Origin: a virus
DNA length: 5,926 nt
Virus record (IMG/VR): IMGVR_UViG_3300020040_000028
Coordinates: 1-5,926 of that record
Strand: one strand, 5' to 3'
Notes under the pieces: generated by a model
The model's database searches: none
Told to the model about the DNA's origin: nothing
The model's input: the letters and a program-made list of their open reading frames with translations, nothing else
Program-made: the position numbers and the translations under genes
Shown here: in pieces, positions 4,905 through 5,926 of the stretch
Numbering within the stretch: the first letter of the stretch is position 1
How the letters are laid out: each line of letters begins with the position of its first letter

Positions 4905-5926
4905 ATGCCTGTCCCTGTCGCTCCTTCTACTTTCGGTGGTCAGCTTCTTCGTGGTAGTGCTACTACCGGATCTTCTGGTTTGATCTCTGGCGCTATTGGT
5001 CAGTTATTTGCCGGAATGAATGCCCGTCGTCAGTGGAAGTACACTCAAAAGCAAATGGCCCTTCAGCAGAAGTACGCCCTAGAGCAAATGCAGAAGCAGG
5101 CCGAATATGAATACGGTAATTGGCAAAAGCAGTTCGATTATGAAAACGAATATAACGACCCGTCTAAGATATTCGAGCGCTATCGTGCTGCCGGCGTTAC
5201 TCCTGCTGGTGTTTTGGGCAGCTCTGGCGTTGGTGTTAATGCTACTATTCCCGGTGGTTCCGGTGGTACCGTTGGTGCTAACGGTCCTTCTGGTGGTCTT
5301 CCTAGCCCTGGTTCTGGTCCTCTCGATATGACCGCCTTAGGTCAAAATATGGCGAATCAGTCGGTTGTTGATCGTAACAATGCTGCCGCTCAGCGCGATC
5401 GTGCTGAAGCTTCCCAAATTGAGAATTCTACACATGCTGCTGGTTTTCAGAAGTTGTACGATGATGCTCAGGTTGCTCTCTTGCGTGCTCGCGAGAAGCA
5501 TGAGTTGAGTGACGCTCAATATATTGATACTCAAAATGCTATCCTTGGCTTCGATCTCGTTGTTCGGCAGTGGACCGTCGGAGGTGAGATTGACGCTGTT
5601 CTTGCTGATTATCAGGATCGTATCAATAAAGCCAAGGCTTCTAATATTCAGAATGAGTACCTTCGTATTCAGATCGCCTCCCAATTGCTTCTTACCTGGT
5701 CGATGTTTAAGAGCAATATGGCTGATGCTTCGTATAAGAATCAGTTGGCCTCTTTGACATATAACGAGATTCTTGATCTTCAGAACGAGATGCGCAATAA
5801 CTGGGATAAGCGTTGGGTTCTTGAGGATAAGGATGGTAATAAGGCGACCTATTCTCTCAAGGATCTGTATGGCATGTTGACTCTTTCTGATGTACAGGCT
5901 GCTGCCTGGAAGCCCGTTCAGGCCGA
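4905..5926 (+). CDS. VP2: Minor capsid / DNA pilot protein VP2, N-terminal part. The ORF runs off the window end and continues at 1..431. The non-redundant gene is 4905..5805 joined to 1..431 (1332 nt, 443 aa).
   Basis: ATG at 4905 is the first start after an in-frame TAA at 4890. I translated 4905..5926 by hand and found no stop. Because 5806 equals position 1, the frame (position mod 3 = 0) is the same as ORF 69..431. The product starts MPVPVAPSTFGGQLLRGSATTGSSGLISGAIGQLFAGM, a Gly-rich hydrophobic N-terminus. It then has YNDPSKIFERYRAAGVTPAGVLG, which resembles the N-S-P...R...AG-L-N-P motif I recall in non-Bullavirinae VP2 proteins, followed by a Gly/Ser/Pro-rich linker and a long Q/A/E/R-rich helical region. 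T-rich third codon positions match the other genes. Confidence 0.85.
   Translation, partial: MPVPVAPSTFGGQLLRGSATTGSSGLISGAIGQLFAGMNARRQWKYTQKQMALQQKYALEQMQKQAEYEYGNWQKQFDYENEYNDPSKIFERYRAAGVTPAGVLGSSGVGVNATIPGGSGGTVGANGPSGGLPSPGSGPLDMTALGQNMANQSVVDRNNAAAQRDRAEASQIENSTHAAGFQKLYDDAQVALLRAREKHELSDAQYIDTQNAILGFDLVVRQWTVGGEIDAVLADYQDRINKAKASNIQNEYLRIQIASQLLLTWSMFKSNMADASYKNQLASLTYNEILDLQNEMRNNWDKRWVLEDKDGNKATYSLKDLYGMLTLSDVQAAAWKPVQA
5806..5926. repeat. Terminal redundancy, right copy, identical to 1..121.
   Basis: Exact 121-nt match to the window start. It reaches the last base of the window, as expected when a circular contig is written out with an overlap. Confidence 0.97.

Overview
The window is one complete circular ssDNA phage genome of the family Microviridae, outside the phiX-like Bullavirinae (gokushovirus- or alpavirus-like). 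It was linearised with a 121-nt assembly overlap: 1..121 is identical to 5806..5926, so the unit length is 5805 nt. All credible genes are on the + strand, tightly packed, and strongly prefer T at third codon positions. I recognise three hallmark genes from recalled motifs. VP4 is the rolling-circle replication initiator (1337..2401; HFHGFLF HUH motif and YVVKYVTK double-Tyr motif). VP1 is the major capsid protein (2412..4253, 613 aa). VP2 is the minor capsid/DNA pilot protein; it starts at 4905, runs off the window end and finishes at 431 (443 aa once circularised), which is why the ORF track shows only its 69..431 tail. The remaining ORFs are small and have no function I can assign. They are a three-gene block at 524..1337, a very acidic 101-aa protein after VP1 (possible scaffold), and a 65-aa protein with an N-terminal signal/lipobox-like membrane segment. 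There are two real non-coding regions. One is an AT-rich stretch at 432..523 with a motif pair matching the Bacteroides promoter consensus as I recall it. The other is a GC-rich imperfect hairpin with a T-tract at 4571..4704. The most interesting leads are the small membrane/lipoprotein gene (candidate lysis or exclusion factor), the structured intergenic element, and the uncharacterised accessory block. No integrase, CRISPR array, tRNA or rRNA is present. No homology search was possible, so all family assignments rest on motifs recalled from memory and on genome architecture.
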